A DNA stretch of 24,620 bases, taken from positions 1 to 24,620 of the forward strand of contig JAEOUE010000083.1 of NCBI GenBank assembly GCA_016839515.1. The letters are read 5' to 3'. Source of the DNA: Candidatus Hodarchaeum mangrovi (GTDB taxonomy: Archaea > Asgardarchaeota > Heimdallarchaeia > Hodarchaeales > Hodarchaeaceae). Shown here in pieces: positions 8,479 through 17,374 of this stretch (positions within the stretch are counted from its first letter, which is position 1; the number at the start of each line of letters is the position of its first letter). Below the pieces are notes generated by a model, which saw only the letters and a program-made list of their open reading frames with translations, made no database searches and was not told where the DNA came from. A program made the translations under genes and the position numbers.

Positions 8479-9576
8479 TTGAGTATGGCGATTGAGCATG
8501 ATATAACAAATATTGTCTCAAAAACTCACATGTACAAAGAAATTTTTCAACAACCAAATATTATTAACCAAACTCTTCAGAATGCATCTAAATTATTCCC
8601 TGATTTCTTAAATCTTTTTGAAAAAAACGATTATAATCTCAGTATCTTTGGTAGTGGGACAAGCTATCATGCTGGAATTGCAGGATCGATAGCTTTTACC
8701 AATATAATTGGTAAATATGTCCCAATTGATCATGCTTCTGAATGGATATATCGATATCCACGAAAAGGCCATAATCTGGGTGTTGCAATAGCGATTAGCC
8801 AAAGTGGAGAAAGTGGTGATGTAATAAGAGCAGCCCAAAACGCAAAAAGTCAGGGTTTAAAATTAGTATCAGTTACAAATGTTTTAGGATCTACTCTTGA
8901 TGAATTAGGGGATTTAACTTTTATAACTCCTGCTGGAGAAGAAAAAGCAATTGCTGCCACGAAATCATATACATCTGCATTAGCTCTATTGCTTGAATGG
9001 GCAATTAAATTAGGACATGAACACCACATCCAACAAGAGAGTCTTTCTGAAGAATTAAGAAATGTTTCCTATAAAATGGAAAAGATCCTAATCAATTCGG
9101 AAAAAAGTATGAAGGAACTTACAGATTACATATCTAATTATAATATTGTATACTTTTTAGGCACAGGATCAAATTTTTCAACAGCACTAGAAGGAGCAAT
9201 GAAATTAAAGGAAACAGGTAACGTCTATGCTGAAGGATTTGGATTTAGAGAGTTTATGCATGGTCATCTACAACTAGTTTCAGAGGAAACTCCAATTATA
9301 ATAGTTTTATCAGGAGAAGAAGACCTATCGGTTATAAAATCTGGAATAGAACGATTAGGGAACTTAAAAGGATCCCTTTTTACTATTACTCAAAGTAAAG
9401 AACAAAATATAGAAACAACTATAACCCAGAATCAAATGTCACTGGGAGAGTATGTTGACCCATTAATTTCTCCATTAACCCTAGTTCTTCCATTACAGCT
9501 CCTAGCATGTTACAATTCCAAGAAGAGAAATTTAAATCCAGATAAACCTACAAAGTTATCAAAAGTCACTTTATAA
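8479..9576 (+). CDS. Double-SIS-domain protein, GlmS isomerase domain only: probable amino-sugar-6-phosphate isomerising deaminase (GlmD/NagB-II-like)
   Basis: HMYKEIFQQP, GSGTSYHA, SQSGE, VTN..GSTL, AGEEKAIAATKSY, EGAMKLKE, EFMHG, NPDKPTKLSKVT. No N-terminal Cys glutaminase domain. Start is TTG 8479 or ATG 8485. Confidence 0.88.
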   Translation: MSMAIEHDITNIVSKTHMYKEIFQQPNIINQTLQNASKLFPDFLNLFEKNDYNLSIFGSGTSYHAGIAGSIAFTNIIGKYVPIDHASEWIYRYPRKGHNLGVAIAISQSGESGDVIRAAQNAKSQGLKLVSVTNVLGSTLDELGDLTFITPAGEEKAIAATKSYTSALALLLEWAIKLGHEHHIQQESLSEELRNVSYKMEKILINSEKSMKELTDYISNYNIVYFLGTGSNFSTALEGAMKLKETGNVYAEGFGFREFMHGHLQLVSEETPIIIVLSGEEDLSVIKSGIERLGNLKGSLFTITQSKEQNIETTITQNQMSLGEYVDPLISPLTLVLPLQLLACYNSKKRNLNPDKPTKLSKVTL

Positions 9577-9594
9577 TGAAAAAATAATCTCAAT

Positions 9595-10242
9595 CTATTT
9601 AATTATTGATAATATATCTAATAGGTTTTTTACCTTCACTCCCGTATATTTTGCCATTTCAGGGATTTCTCTATTCTGATAATAAATAAAATGGATCCCA
9701 GCTTTATCACTTGCCAATAAATCAGTATATGAATCTCCAATATAGACACATTCATTTGCTAATACATCAAATCGTTTTAAAGCTTTAAGAAAAAGGTCAG
9801 GTTCTGGTTTTGGTTTTTCTCCATTAGTACCAAATATATATTCAAAATAATTGAGTAATCCAAGCTGTTTAATCATTTTTTTCGAAGTTATTTCTGAACC
9901 ATTTGTTACCACGCCTAATTTATAATTTCTTGTAAATAATTCCTTTACAAGCTTTTCAGCATTAGCAATTGGTTTTAATTTTGGAATCATTTCTTTTTCA
10001 AAACATGTGTCTACCATGCTAGTCAATTTGTGAACAAGTTCTGGTGATGGCGTACTCAAACCAGCAATTCCTTCAACCATTTCTCTTGTACTTTTATGAA
10101 GTAACTTATTGAATTTCTCTCTAGGAGGATTTATATTAAAATAATCAACAAAAACAGTTGTGACTGCGCCAAACCAAAGGTCTATACTATCAGTTAATAC
10201 GCCATCCATATCAAATAAAACCAAGGAAATATTGGGGAACAT
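9595..10242 (-). CDS. HAD-family phosphatase (third copy, more distant from the other two)
   Basis: LFDMDGVL, VVTN, KPKPEPD, IGDSYTD. I prefer the ATG at 10242 (MFPNISL..., GGTG upstream) over the track start at 10290, because motif I then sits near the N-terminus. Confidence 0.88.
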   Translation of the reverse strand: MFPNISLVLFDMDGVLTDSIDLWFGAVTTVFVDYFNINPPREKFNKLLHKSTREMVEGIAGLSTPSPELVHKLTSMVDTCFEKEMIPKLKPIANAEKLVKELFTRNYKLGVVTNGSEITSKKMIKQLGLLNYFEYIFGTNGEKPKPEPDLFLKALKRFDVLANECVYIGDSYTDLLASDKAGIHFIYYQNREIPEMAKYTGVKVKNLLDILSIIK

Positions 10243-10404
10243 TCTGGGGCACCAACGAGCATCTACAGTTTGTATAGAAATTCTCAACATAACTCAAAAT
10301 AATTTTGTTTTAAGAATGTTAATGATTGAATCTGAAAGAAATCCTTACTAATCTGGATAAACCATTCTCAAAATTCCCCTATTAAATCTAAAATTTTCGC
10401 GAAG

Positions 10405-10416
10405 AAATCCTTTTTA
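10405..10416 (+). promoter_or_regulatory. Putative BRE/TATA (AAATCCTTTTTA) of the aminotransferase operon
   Basis: Same AATCCTTWW pattern and similar distance to the start codon (about 48 nt) as at 854-865. Confidence 0.4.
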
Positions 10417-10463
10417 GAAGGTAATTATTGATATATCACGATTTCGATTAAGAGGAAAATACA

Positions 10464-11588
10464 TTGAGTGATAAGAAATGGAAAGTTCCATTTATTCAAC
10501 CTTTTGTTTCTGATGAAACAAAAAATAGAGTATTAGAAATACTAGAACGTGGGAAAGAAACTGGTTCCTTCACAGTCGGTGTAGAAACTCAAATATTTGA
10601 AGAAAATCTAGCAAAATTTTGTAAGGTTAAACATGCAGTTACATTACATTCAGGTACAGAAGCATTATTTGCTGCTCTTATTGCAGCTAAGATCAAACCT
10701 GGAGATGAAGTTATAACAACTTCCTTAACATTTATTGCGACAATAGAAGCTATCTGGCAGGTTAATGCAAAACCAGTTTTAGCAGATATTCACCCAGAAT
10801 ACTATACAATTGAACCTGATTTGGTGAAGAAAGCAATTACAAAAAAAACTAAAGCAATTATTCCAGTTCATATATATGGACAAGCAGTAGATATGGATCC
10901 AATAATGGAGCTTGCAGCTGATCATAATCTTTTTGTTTTAGAAGACGCATGTCAAGCTTTAGGAGGACGGTATAAAAAAGAAACCATTGGTAGTATTGGG
11001 GATGCTGCAGCTCTCAGTTTTCACCCTCAGAAAAATTTAACAGTCTGTGGAGATGGTGGTGCTCTTCTTACAAACCGTACAGATATTGCTGAAATAGTCG
11101 AAATGATAAGGGATCATGGACGCTTACGAAATCAAGGTTATGATCATCGAATATTAGGTTATAATTTTCGGCTAGGAGAGATTAGAGCAGGAATTGCTAA
11201 TGTTGCCTTACCTCATGTTGAAGGGTGGAATATCAGAAGAAGAGAAATCGCAAAACAATATATGGATGGAATTTCTTCTACTCACACTATTTGTCCTAAA
11301 GAAGCACCATACTCCTACCATGTATATGACTATTACGAAATTCAAACCCAGGATAGGGACGGACTTAGAGAAGAATTAACTAAAAAAGGAATTAAAACTG
11401 ATATTCAGTATCCCAAAGCATGTCATCAACAAGTAGTCTGGGACTATCTAGAAAAATCTAAAATCAATCTTCCAGTTACTGAAAAACTCATCCCAAATAT
11501 TCTTACACTTCCCTCATTCCCAGATCTTACAGACGAACAAGTATCTTATGTAATTGAAACAATAAATAACTACTATAAGGTTAAATAA
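10464..11588 (+). CDS. DegT/DnrJ/EryC1/StrS-family PLP sugar aminotransferase
   Basis: SGTEAL, GDEVITT..TF.AT, AIIPVHIYGQ, EDACQALG, PLP lysine in SFHPQKNL..CGDGG, GYNFRL, LTLP. TTG start with GAGGA RBS. Confidence 0.93.
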   Translation: MSDKKWKVPFIQPFVSDETKNRVLEILERGKETGSFTVGVETQIFEENLAKFCKVKHAVTLHSGTEALFAALIAAKIKPGDEVITTSLTFIATIEAIWQVNAKPVLADIHPEYYTIEPDLVKKAITKKTKAIIPVHIYGQAVDMDPIMELAADHNLFVLEDACQALGGRYKKETIGSIGDAAALSFHPQKNLTVCGDGGALLTNRTDIAEIVEMIRDHGRLRNQGYDHRILGYNFRLGEIRAGIANVALPHVEGWNIRRREIAKQYMDGISSTHTICPKEAPYSYHVYDYYEIQTQDRDGLREELTKKGIKTDIQYPKACHQQVVWDYLEKSKINLPVTEKLIPNILTLPSFPDLTDEQVSYVIETINNYYKVK

Positions 11589-11657
11589 CTCACAATGATT
11601 ATAAATCGTTTCGTATTAGCAAAATCAAAAGAATATATAGTAAAGGAGTTATAACAT

Positions 11658-12749
11658 ATGTCTAAATTAAATATTGGTATGTTAGGATATGGATGGATGG
11701 CGCGAGTCCACACATTTGGATTAAAAAATATAAATGTAAATATAGATCCTAGTCAATCAATAAATCTTTTAGCTGTAAGTGGACGTACAGAATCCAAATT
11801 AAAAGCAATGGCTCAACAATATGGGTACAAGAAATATTTTTTTGATTGGAAGCAAGTTGTTCAAGATCCTGAAACGAACCTTATTGACAATGTTATGCCT
11901 CCCAATGTTCATAAAGAGCCTGCAATAATGACCGCAGAGGAAGGCAAAGCTCAGATATGTGAAAAACCGATTGCCCATACAACTCCTGATGCTGTTGAAA
12001 TGGTAAAGGCTGTGGAAAAAGCGAAGAGCCCAAATATGGTGATGTTTAATTATCGTTATTTACCTGCGATTATGAGGGCAAAAAAATGGGTGGAAGAAGG
12101 TAACTTGGGTGAAATTTTTCAATGTAGATTTCTTTATACAAAACAGAGTCATTTAAATCCATTAAGACCTTTTAGCTGGAAAGATGATCCAGTGATCTCT
12201 GGTGGGGGAGCTCTTATTGATTTGGGGGTTCATGTTGCTGATTTAGTGAGATATTTAGTCGGTGATGTCATAAGAGTTGTCTCTTCCAATGATCGATGGA
12301 TTCATTCGAGGCCTGAATCAAAGGGATCAATAATCCAAAAGGAAATAAGAACTGAAGATGCTGCTATTTCAATTTTAAAATTTAAGAAAGGTTATTTAGG
12401 AATCTTGGAAGCTAGTAAAACAAGTACAGGACATCCAAATACCGTGAGAATTGAAATTCATGGTTCATTAGGTGCACTAATGTGGAATAGTGAACGAACA
12501 CATGAATTGTATCTGCATCACCAAGAAGATGGAGAAAACAATTGGCGAGCAGAATACTTACCTTACCCATACGATGATAGCTATGGGAGAATTGGTTTTG
12601 GACATGTAAATGCATTGGCTAGCTTTATAACTCAATTAGAGACAAAAAATCCCTCATACCCGAGTTTTAAAGATGGATTAGAAGCTTTGAAAATAATTGA
12701 AGCTTCTTATCGTTCTGCCAAAGAAGAAAGGTGGATAAATATTGACTAA
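11658..12749 (+). CDS. Gfo/Idh/MocA-family NAD(P) oxidoreductase
   Basis: Rossmann GMLGYGWMARVH, CEKP, FNYRY.PA, GGGALIDLGVH, EIHGSLG. Confidence 0.93.
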   Translation: MSKLNIGMLGYGWMARVHTFGLKNINVNIDPSQSINLLAVSGRTESKLKAMAQQYGYKKYFFDWKQVVQDPETNLIDNVMPPNVHKEPAIMTAEEGKAQICEKPIAHTTPDAVEMVKAVEKAKSPNMVMFNYRYLPAIMRAKKWVEEGNLGEIFQCRFLYTKQSHLNPLRPFSWKDDPVISGGGALIDLGVHVADLVRYLVGDVIRVVSSNDRWIHSRPESKGSIIQKEIRTEDAAISILKFKKGYLGILEASKTSTGHPNTVRIEIHGSLGALMWNSERTHELYLHHQEDGENNWRAEYLPYPYDDSYGRIGFGHVNALASFITQLETKNPSYPSFKDGLEALKIIEASYRSAKEERWINID

Positions 12750-13341
12750 AAGACAAAAAATAGACCCATTTGTAATTCAATATGATGAAAAATCAAAAAT
12801 GCTGAGTTCTTATTCAGTTAAGAATGATAAAAAGTTAAGTGATATTTCAGATTTTTTTTACAATCAACAAGAGGTAAAAATGATATTAGATAGTGGAAAA
12901 GATCCCTTAGTGTATACATATCATGACAAAGTCCAACCTGAAATTCCTGGAGAATTTAGTTTTGGTATAACAATTATTTACCCTGGAACGATCGGGGAAG
13001 AGTTTTATATGACACGAGGACATTTTCACGGGAAAAATGATGGTGAATTCTATATGGGCCTTGAGGGAGAAGGGATATTAATTTTGGAAGACCAAGACAC
13101 AAGAAAAGCACAAGCACTATATTTTACAAGAAATTCCCTCCCTTACATCCCTGCTGGTTATGGCCATAGGGTTGTAAATGTTGGAAAAATACCTTTAATC
13201 TTTTTAACTGTTGAAGCTGCGGCAGGATCACATGATTATGAAATCATACGGAAAGAAGGATTTGGTGTTTTAGTACTAAAGGATCCCAATTCACAAAAAG
13301 GGTATAAAATTACTCCTAATCCTTCCAGAAAGAAAATTTAA
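12742..13341 (+). CDS. pgiA: Cupin-type (archaeal) glucose-6-phosphate isomerase family protein
   Basis: TIIYPGTIGEEFYMTRGHFH, EFY.GLEGEG, YIPAGYGHRVVN.G, HDYE: the His/His/Glu/His cupin metal set of Thermococcales PGI. TTG start overlaps the upstream gene by 8 nt. Confidence 0.88.
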   Translation: MTKRQKIDPFVIQYDEKSKMLSSYSVKNDKKLSDISDFFYNQQEVKMILDSGKDPLVYTYHDKVQPEIPGEFSFGITIIYPGTIGEEFYMTRGHFHGKNDGEFYMGLEGEGILILEDQDTRKAQALYFTRNSLPYIPAGYGHRVVNVGKIPLIFLTVEAAAGSHDYEIIRKEGFGVLVLKDPNSQKGYKITPNPSRKKI

Positions 13342-13342
13342 G

Positions 13343-14686
13343 ATGGTAATTAAAATGATTGAGATCGGAACGCATGAATTTGAAATAAATCCCAAAATAG
13401 GTCAACCTATGGGAGGGTATTGGCGTTATAATAAATTCATTAAAGGAATGCATGATCCAGTTTTTGGAAATATTCTCATCATATCAAGCAATGAATTAAC
13501 CTACTCTCTAGTTGTTTTAGACGAACTAATTTTAGATAGTAAATTAGTTGAAGAAATGAAGCAGGAAATAGAGAAACGAACAAAAATTCCATTTAAGAAT
13601 ATCACAATACATGTTAATCATACACACAGTACATCAGTGACTGTTCCAGAGCCATCTGATGATGATTACCCTTTCTTACTTCCTGAGGATTGGGATGTCC
13701 AAGAAATGCGAAGATTGACAAAAGAAAGAAGGAAGGGATTAGTTAAAATAGTTTCAGCCGCATCTGAGATTGCTTCTCAACAAATGAATCCTGTAAAGAT
13801 TGGTTATATGGAAGGTCATGCAGAGGATATAGGAAGAAATCGCAATCGACCATTAGATGGACCAGTAGATAATAGTGTACCCGTACTCCGCTTTGAATCG
13901 ACTATTGGAAATCCTCCAGTTATTTTAGCTAATTTTGGTACTCATCCCACAATTGCACCACCTGAAAATTGTTTAATAAGTGGAGATTTAGTAGGTTCGA
14001 CAAGAAAAACTGTAAAAGATCTTTTGGGTTACCATACGAAATTTATTTATACAACAGGTGCTGCAGGAGACGTATCAACCCGTTTCACAAGAAAAAGTAG
14101 CAGTTTTGCCGAAGTAGACCGTATGGGTCATATCTTAGGTGCTGAAATTGTAAAAACCGCCGAGAGAATTACAACCTTTGAAGAAGAAATTAACTTCCAC
14201 GTAAAAGCTGAAGAAATCGAATTACCTGTAAGGAAATTACCCTTATTAAATGAAGCAACACAAATATTCCAGCAGGTAAAAAAAGAATTAGAAGATGCTC
14301 AGGAAGCAAAAAAAGATCTTGGAGTAATAAAAAAGTTAACAGAAAACTTAGAAGGTGCAAGTGTTCAGAAAAGATTTGCTTCCTTAAGTAAACATGAGAA
14401 ATTAGCATTTTCAAAGGAAAAATTCTTGGTTCCACTACAGGCTGTTCGTATTGGAGATGTTAAGTTGATTTTCCATCCTTTTGAGCTTTTCTCTGAAATT
14501 GCTCTAAACATTAAAGCAAAAAACCCTAAAACTATAGTAATTGGCTATTCAAATAATTGGTTAAGCTACATCCCTACCCAATATGCATTTGATGAAAATT
14601 CTTATGAAACTTATATTACTTTAACTACCCCTGGTTCTTATAAAACATTTGAAGATGCAGTTATAAAATTATTAAGAAGCTTATAG
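13343..14686 (+). CDS. Neutral/alkaline non-lysosomal ceramidase-family metal amidohydrolase (copy 2)
   Basis: INP..GQPMGGY, GMHDP, NHTHS, NFGTHPT, ISGD, GAAGDVSTR, PFELFS, GYSN...SYIP, YE. Alternative ATG at 13355. Confidence 0.82.
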   Translation: MVIKMIEIGTHEFEINPKIGQPMGGYWRYNKFIKGMHDPVFGNILIISSNELTYSLVVLDELILDSKLVEEMKQEIEKRTKIPFKNITIHVNHTHSTSVTVPEPSDDDYPFLLPEDWDVQEMRRLTKERRKGLVKIVSAASEIASQQMNPVKIGYMEGHAEDIGRNRNRPLDGPVDNSVPVLRFESTIGNPPVILANFGTHPTIAPPENCLISGDLVGSTRKTVKDLLGYHTKFIYTTGAAGDVSTRFTRKSSSFAEVDRMGHILGAEIVKTAERITTFEEEINFHVKAEEIELPVRKLPLLNEATQIFQQVKKELEDAQEAKKDLGVIKKLTENLEGASVQKRFASLSKHEKLAFSKEKFLVPLQAVRIGDVKLIFHPFELFSEIALNIKAKNPKTIVIGYSNNWLSYIPTQYAFDENSYETYITLTTPGSYKTFEDAVIKLLRSL

Positions 14687-14708
14687 AAATATTCACCTAA
14701 AAATAACT

Positions 14709-15197
14709 TTACTTCTTCATTTTGCTGATTTCATTCATTAATTCATATGATTTATCATCTGGTAACATTTTTGCAGTTAATTTAATTCCCAATTCGTTTA
14801 ATTTTTCATATGTAGAAATTTGGTTAGGTAAAACCCAAATTCCTCTTCCAATCTTGTAAGCGTCTTTCTGTCCTGACATATTCCCTAAATTAACCTGGGG
14901 TAATTTAATATCGTGTTCTACAAGGCCTAAAGCATCTTCAGGGTATTTACAAATTATCATTATATTGTTATCATTCCATTCAGGTTTTTTTAGCTCATTT
15001 ACAGCATTTTCAATTGTGAGTGTCTTAACTATTATTCCAGATGGGGCTCCCATTGGTACCATTGCAGCTATCATAGGGTTATTTGCAACTTCATCATTTA
15101 CTACAAAGACGGTATCGGCCTTTACTCGTTTAATCCATGCCATTCCTACTTGACCATGGATTAACCTATCATCAATTCTTACATGAACGATCGCCAT
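14709..15197 (-). CDS. PTS mannose/sorbose-family IIB component
   Basis: VRIDDRLIHGQV (phospho-His), VVND, VNLGNM, LPDD. Confidence 0.95.
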   Translation of the reverse strand: MAIVHVRIDDRLIHGQVGMAWIKRVKADTVFVVNDEVANNPMIAAMVPMGAPSGIIVKTLTIENAVNELKKPEWNDNNIMIICKYPEDALGLVEHDIKLPQVNLGNMSGQKDAYKIGRGIWVLPNQISTYEKLNELGIKLTAKMLPDDKSYELMNEISKMKK

Positions 15198-15610
15198 TAC
15201 TCAGATAAACGCTCCTTTATCCATTTTTTAACATCTAGAATGCCTTTATGGCCAGAATTTAATGCTATTGTTTTTAATTCTGCTAGTTTTTTAGCTTTTC
15301 TTTGTAATGTTACTTCAAGTAGCATTGGAAGATTAATTCCTGTCACTAATTCTAGATCATCATTATTATATGCCATTTTCCCCGCAACATTAGAAGGAGT
15401 CCCTCCAAAGAGATCAAGAAGAATCAACACTCCATCTTCTTTATCACATTTTTTTATTACTTTAATAAATTCGTCTTGAAGAGTTTCAGGACTTACTCCC
15501 TCTTCTAAAACCAAGGAAAATACTAATTCTTGTTTTCCAATAATTAATTCCATTGCATTAATTAATCCTTCTGATAATGTTCCGTGAGATGCAATAATTA
15601 GACCAATCAT
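15197..15610 (-). CDS. PTS mannose-family IIA component
   Basis: IIASHG (phospho-His), LLDLFGGTPSN, VTGINLPMLLE. TAATG stop/start overlap with IIB. Confidence 0.95.
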   Translation of the reverse strand: MIGLIIASHGTLSEGLINAMELIIGKQELVFSLVLEEGVSPETLQDEFIKVIKKCDKEDGVLILLDLFGGTPSNVAGKMAYNNDDLELVTGINLPMLLEVTLQRKAKKLAELKTIALNSGHKGILDVKKWIKERLSE

Positions 15611-15643
15611 TTCTAAACCTTCGTATTAAAATAATATTCTTCA

Positions 15644-16459
15644 TCAATTTTTCAACTTATGGTATCCTAAATTCAATCTACCACTTTTTAAAGGTACAGA
15701 TTTTGGACTAGCTTGAATAGGATGGTAAAACAATTTTGTAGAAGCGATACAATAACTTTCCATTGCAAGAATTTCAACAAAATCTGTTTGTGAACCATTT
15801 TCAACACTTGTGAGTATAGTTTCACAGAGTTCTTGCGATGATCTTCTATAACTCCCTTTACCAAGAATGCTTCCTCGGATACGGAAGGGATTGATCAAAT
15901 TTTTTTTGTTATCAATTGTCCTAATTCCTTCCTGTTTCCAACCAAGGGTAATTTGATCTCCGAATCCCCATTTACTTTTTAAAAAATGCATTTTTAAAGA
16001 AATAAATGCATTTAGTAACTGATAATCTTGAATTTCGTAATTTACTTCAACAAAATTAAGAAATCGAATCATATCAATATTGTACCAGAAACTTAGAGCA
16101 TATTGAGAATCAATAACAATTAATCGCCTTTTAGTAATCAATAAATGTTGGTTGCCATAGCTGACATTCTTTGGGGAGACAAGAATTATTCTACCAATAT
16201 ATTTGAGATTTTCATCTGCAAACAAGAGTGGAACTGCTTTTTTTGCTATAAAACCAGTTTTATATCTAAGAAAATATGATGATCCATAATTCAATAAATC
16301 ATCCTTAATTGTCAGTAGTCTTCCTGTAATATCAACATCCTGTTTAACCGATAAATCAAGTGTGTAAACATCTAGTTTGGGAAATCCGTTTTCAATGATC
16401 GGAATAATTTCTTTCGCCTGACCAAGTTTAATTGTGATGGAAACCTCGTTATTATTCAT
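15644..16459 (-). CDS. Hypothetical protein, probably co-transcribed with IIA-IIB
   Basis: 271-aa ORF with AGGAG RBS, 33 nt upstream of IIA. LLITKRRLIVID resembles PH-like beta strands (weak). Confidence 0.7.
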   Translation of the reverse strand: MNNNEVSITIKLGQAKEIIPIIENGFPKLDVYTLDLSVKQDVDITGRLLTIKDDLLNYGSSYFLRYKTGFIAKKAVPLLFADENLKYIGRIILVSPKNVSYGNQHLLITKRRLIVIDSQYALSFWYNIDMIRFLNFVEVNYEIQDYQLLNAFISLKMHFLKSKWGFGDQITLGWKQEGIRTIDNKKNLINPFRIRGSILGKGSYRRSSQELCETILTSVENGSQTDFVEILAMESYCIASTKLFYHPIQASPKSVPLKSGRLNLGYHKLKN

Positions 16460-16699
16460 TACCTATCTCCTAATAAAGAATAGAATGATTATTAAACAAA
16501 TTTTTGCTGTTTCTTCTGTAAATTTCATCTTAAAAAGATATTCAACTCATTTTGCTTATTCTTTCAAGAGATTACTTGTTCTCACAATGGAATTTAGTGA
16601 AATATAAAACTATTGCTTGGATATTTTAATACATTCACAATGTAAACTAGATTGGATGAATCAGGAATAAATTAAATATTCTAAATATTATATCTCCCA

Positions 16700-17374
16700 G
16701 TGGTTAGTATGGCGACTATGAAACTGAAATCCAAGGGTGTTAGAATAGATATTAGTGTAAAAAAGGGAAATATTAACATTAAGAATTTAGGAAACTCATT
16801 GCAGACAGAAGGGTTTCGAATCTCCCCCTCTATACCTAATATGCCCACAATGGCAATTTCTTCATCATTAAAATGTCTTCTGGGGACTGATAAGCTCGAA
16901 ATTCAGGTAGAGGATTTTTTTAAGCTAAAATCAGACCTATCACAATTACGTAAAGTTGTCCACCCGTATTTAGAACAAAACAATCCCTACCAAATCAATT
17001 TTGAATCTTCATATGTGCTTTCAAGTAAACTCGACATTACTGAAATTATGGATGCGATATACAATCCAAGAGCAAAATCACGATTAAAAATGTTTATTGA
17101 ACCAATTGGCTTTCGTATTGTAATCGAGCATGAAAAAAAACCTTTTATTCTCAGTTTCGAAGGTTCGAGAGAAACTAATGAAGCTTTTTGCTCTGTTGTG
17201 TTTTCTACCAATGATAAAAATGATTTTTATCAAGCTCTTGCAAATACAGATAAAGTAATTGACGAATTTTTAAAGAAATTACGATTTTTTGCTAAAAATG
17301 AGAAAAATTATCGAACTAGTAGAGCAAAATTAGTAAAAAAAATATCTGAAGAAAAAAGTGGTGAATCTAATTGA
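16700..17374 (+). CDS. Hypothetical protein
   Basis: 224-aa ORF (GTG 16700, or a nearby in-frame ATG). Coupled to the next ORF by a TTGA overlap. No family recognised. Confidence 0.7.
   Translation: MVSMATMKLKSKGVRIDISVKKGNINIKNLGNSLQTEGFRISPSIPNMPTMAISSSLKCLLGTDKLEIQVEDFFKLKSDLSQLRKVVHPYLEQNNPYQINFESSYVLSSKLDITEIMDAIYNPRAKSRLKMFIEPIGFRIVIEHEKKPFILSFEGSRETNEAFCSVVFSTNDKNDFYQALANTDKVIDEFLKKLRFFAKNEKNYRTSRAKLVKKISEEKSGESN

Noticed and set aside
8479-9576. Calling the SIS protein glmS (biosynthetic)
   Set aside because: There is no glutaminase domain in the gene or the window. Its position after a PTS permease favours a catabolic deaminase/isomerase.
10243-10290. N-terminal extension of the third HAD in the ORF track
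   Set aside because: The downstream ATG at 10242 has a GGTG RBS and gives a normal HAD N-terminus.
10464-12749. DegT plus Gfo/Idh/MocA as a surface-glycan (WbpB/WbpE) biosynthesis locus
   Set aside because: No nucleotidyltransferase, NDP-sugar dehydrogenase, acetyltransferase, glycosyltransferase or flippase is nearby. Not excluded, but disfavoured.
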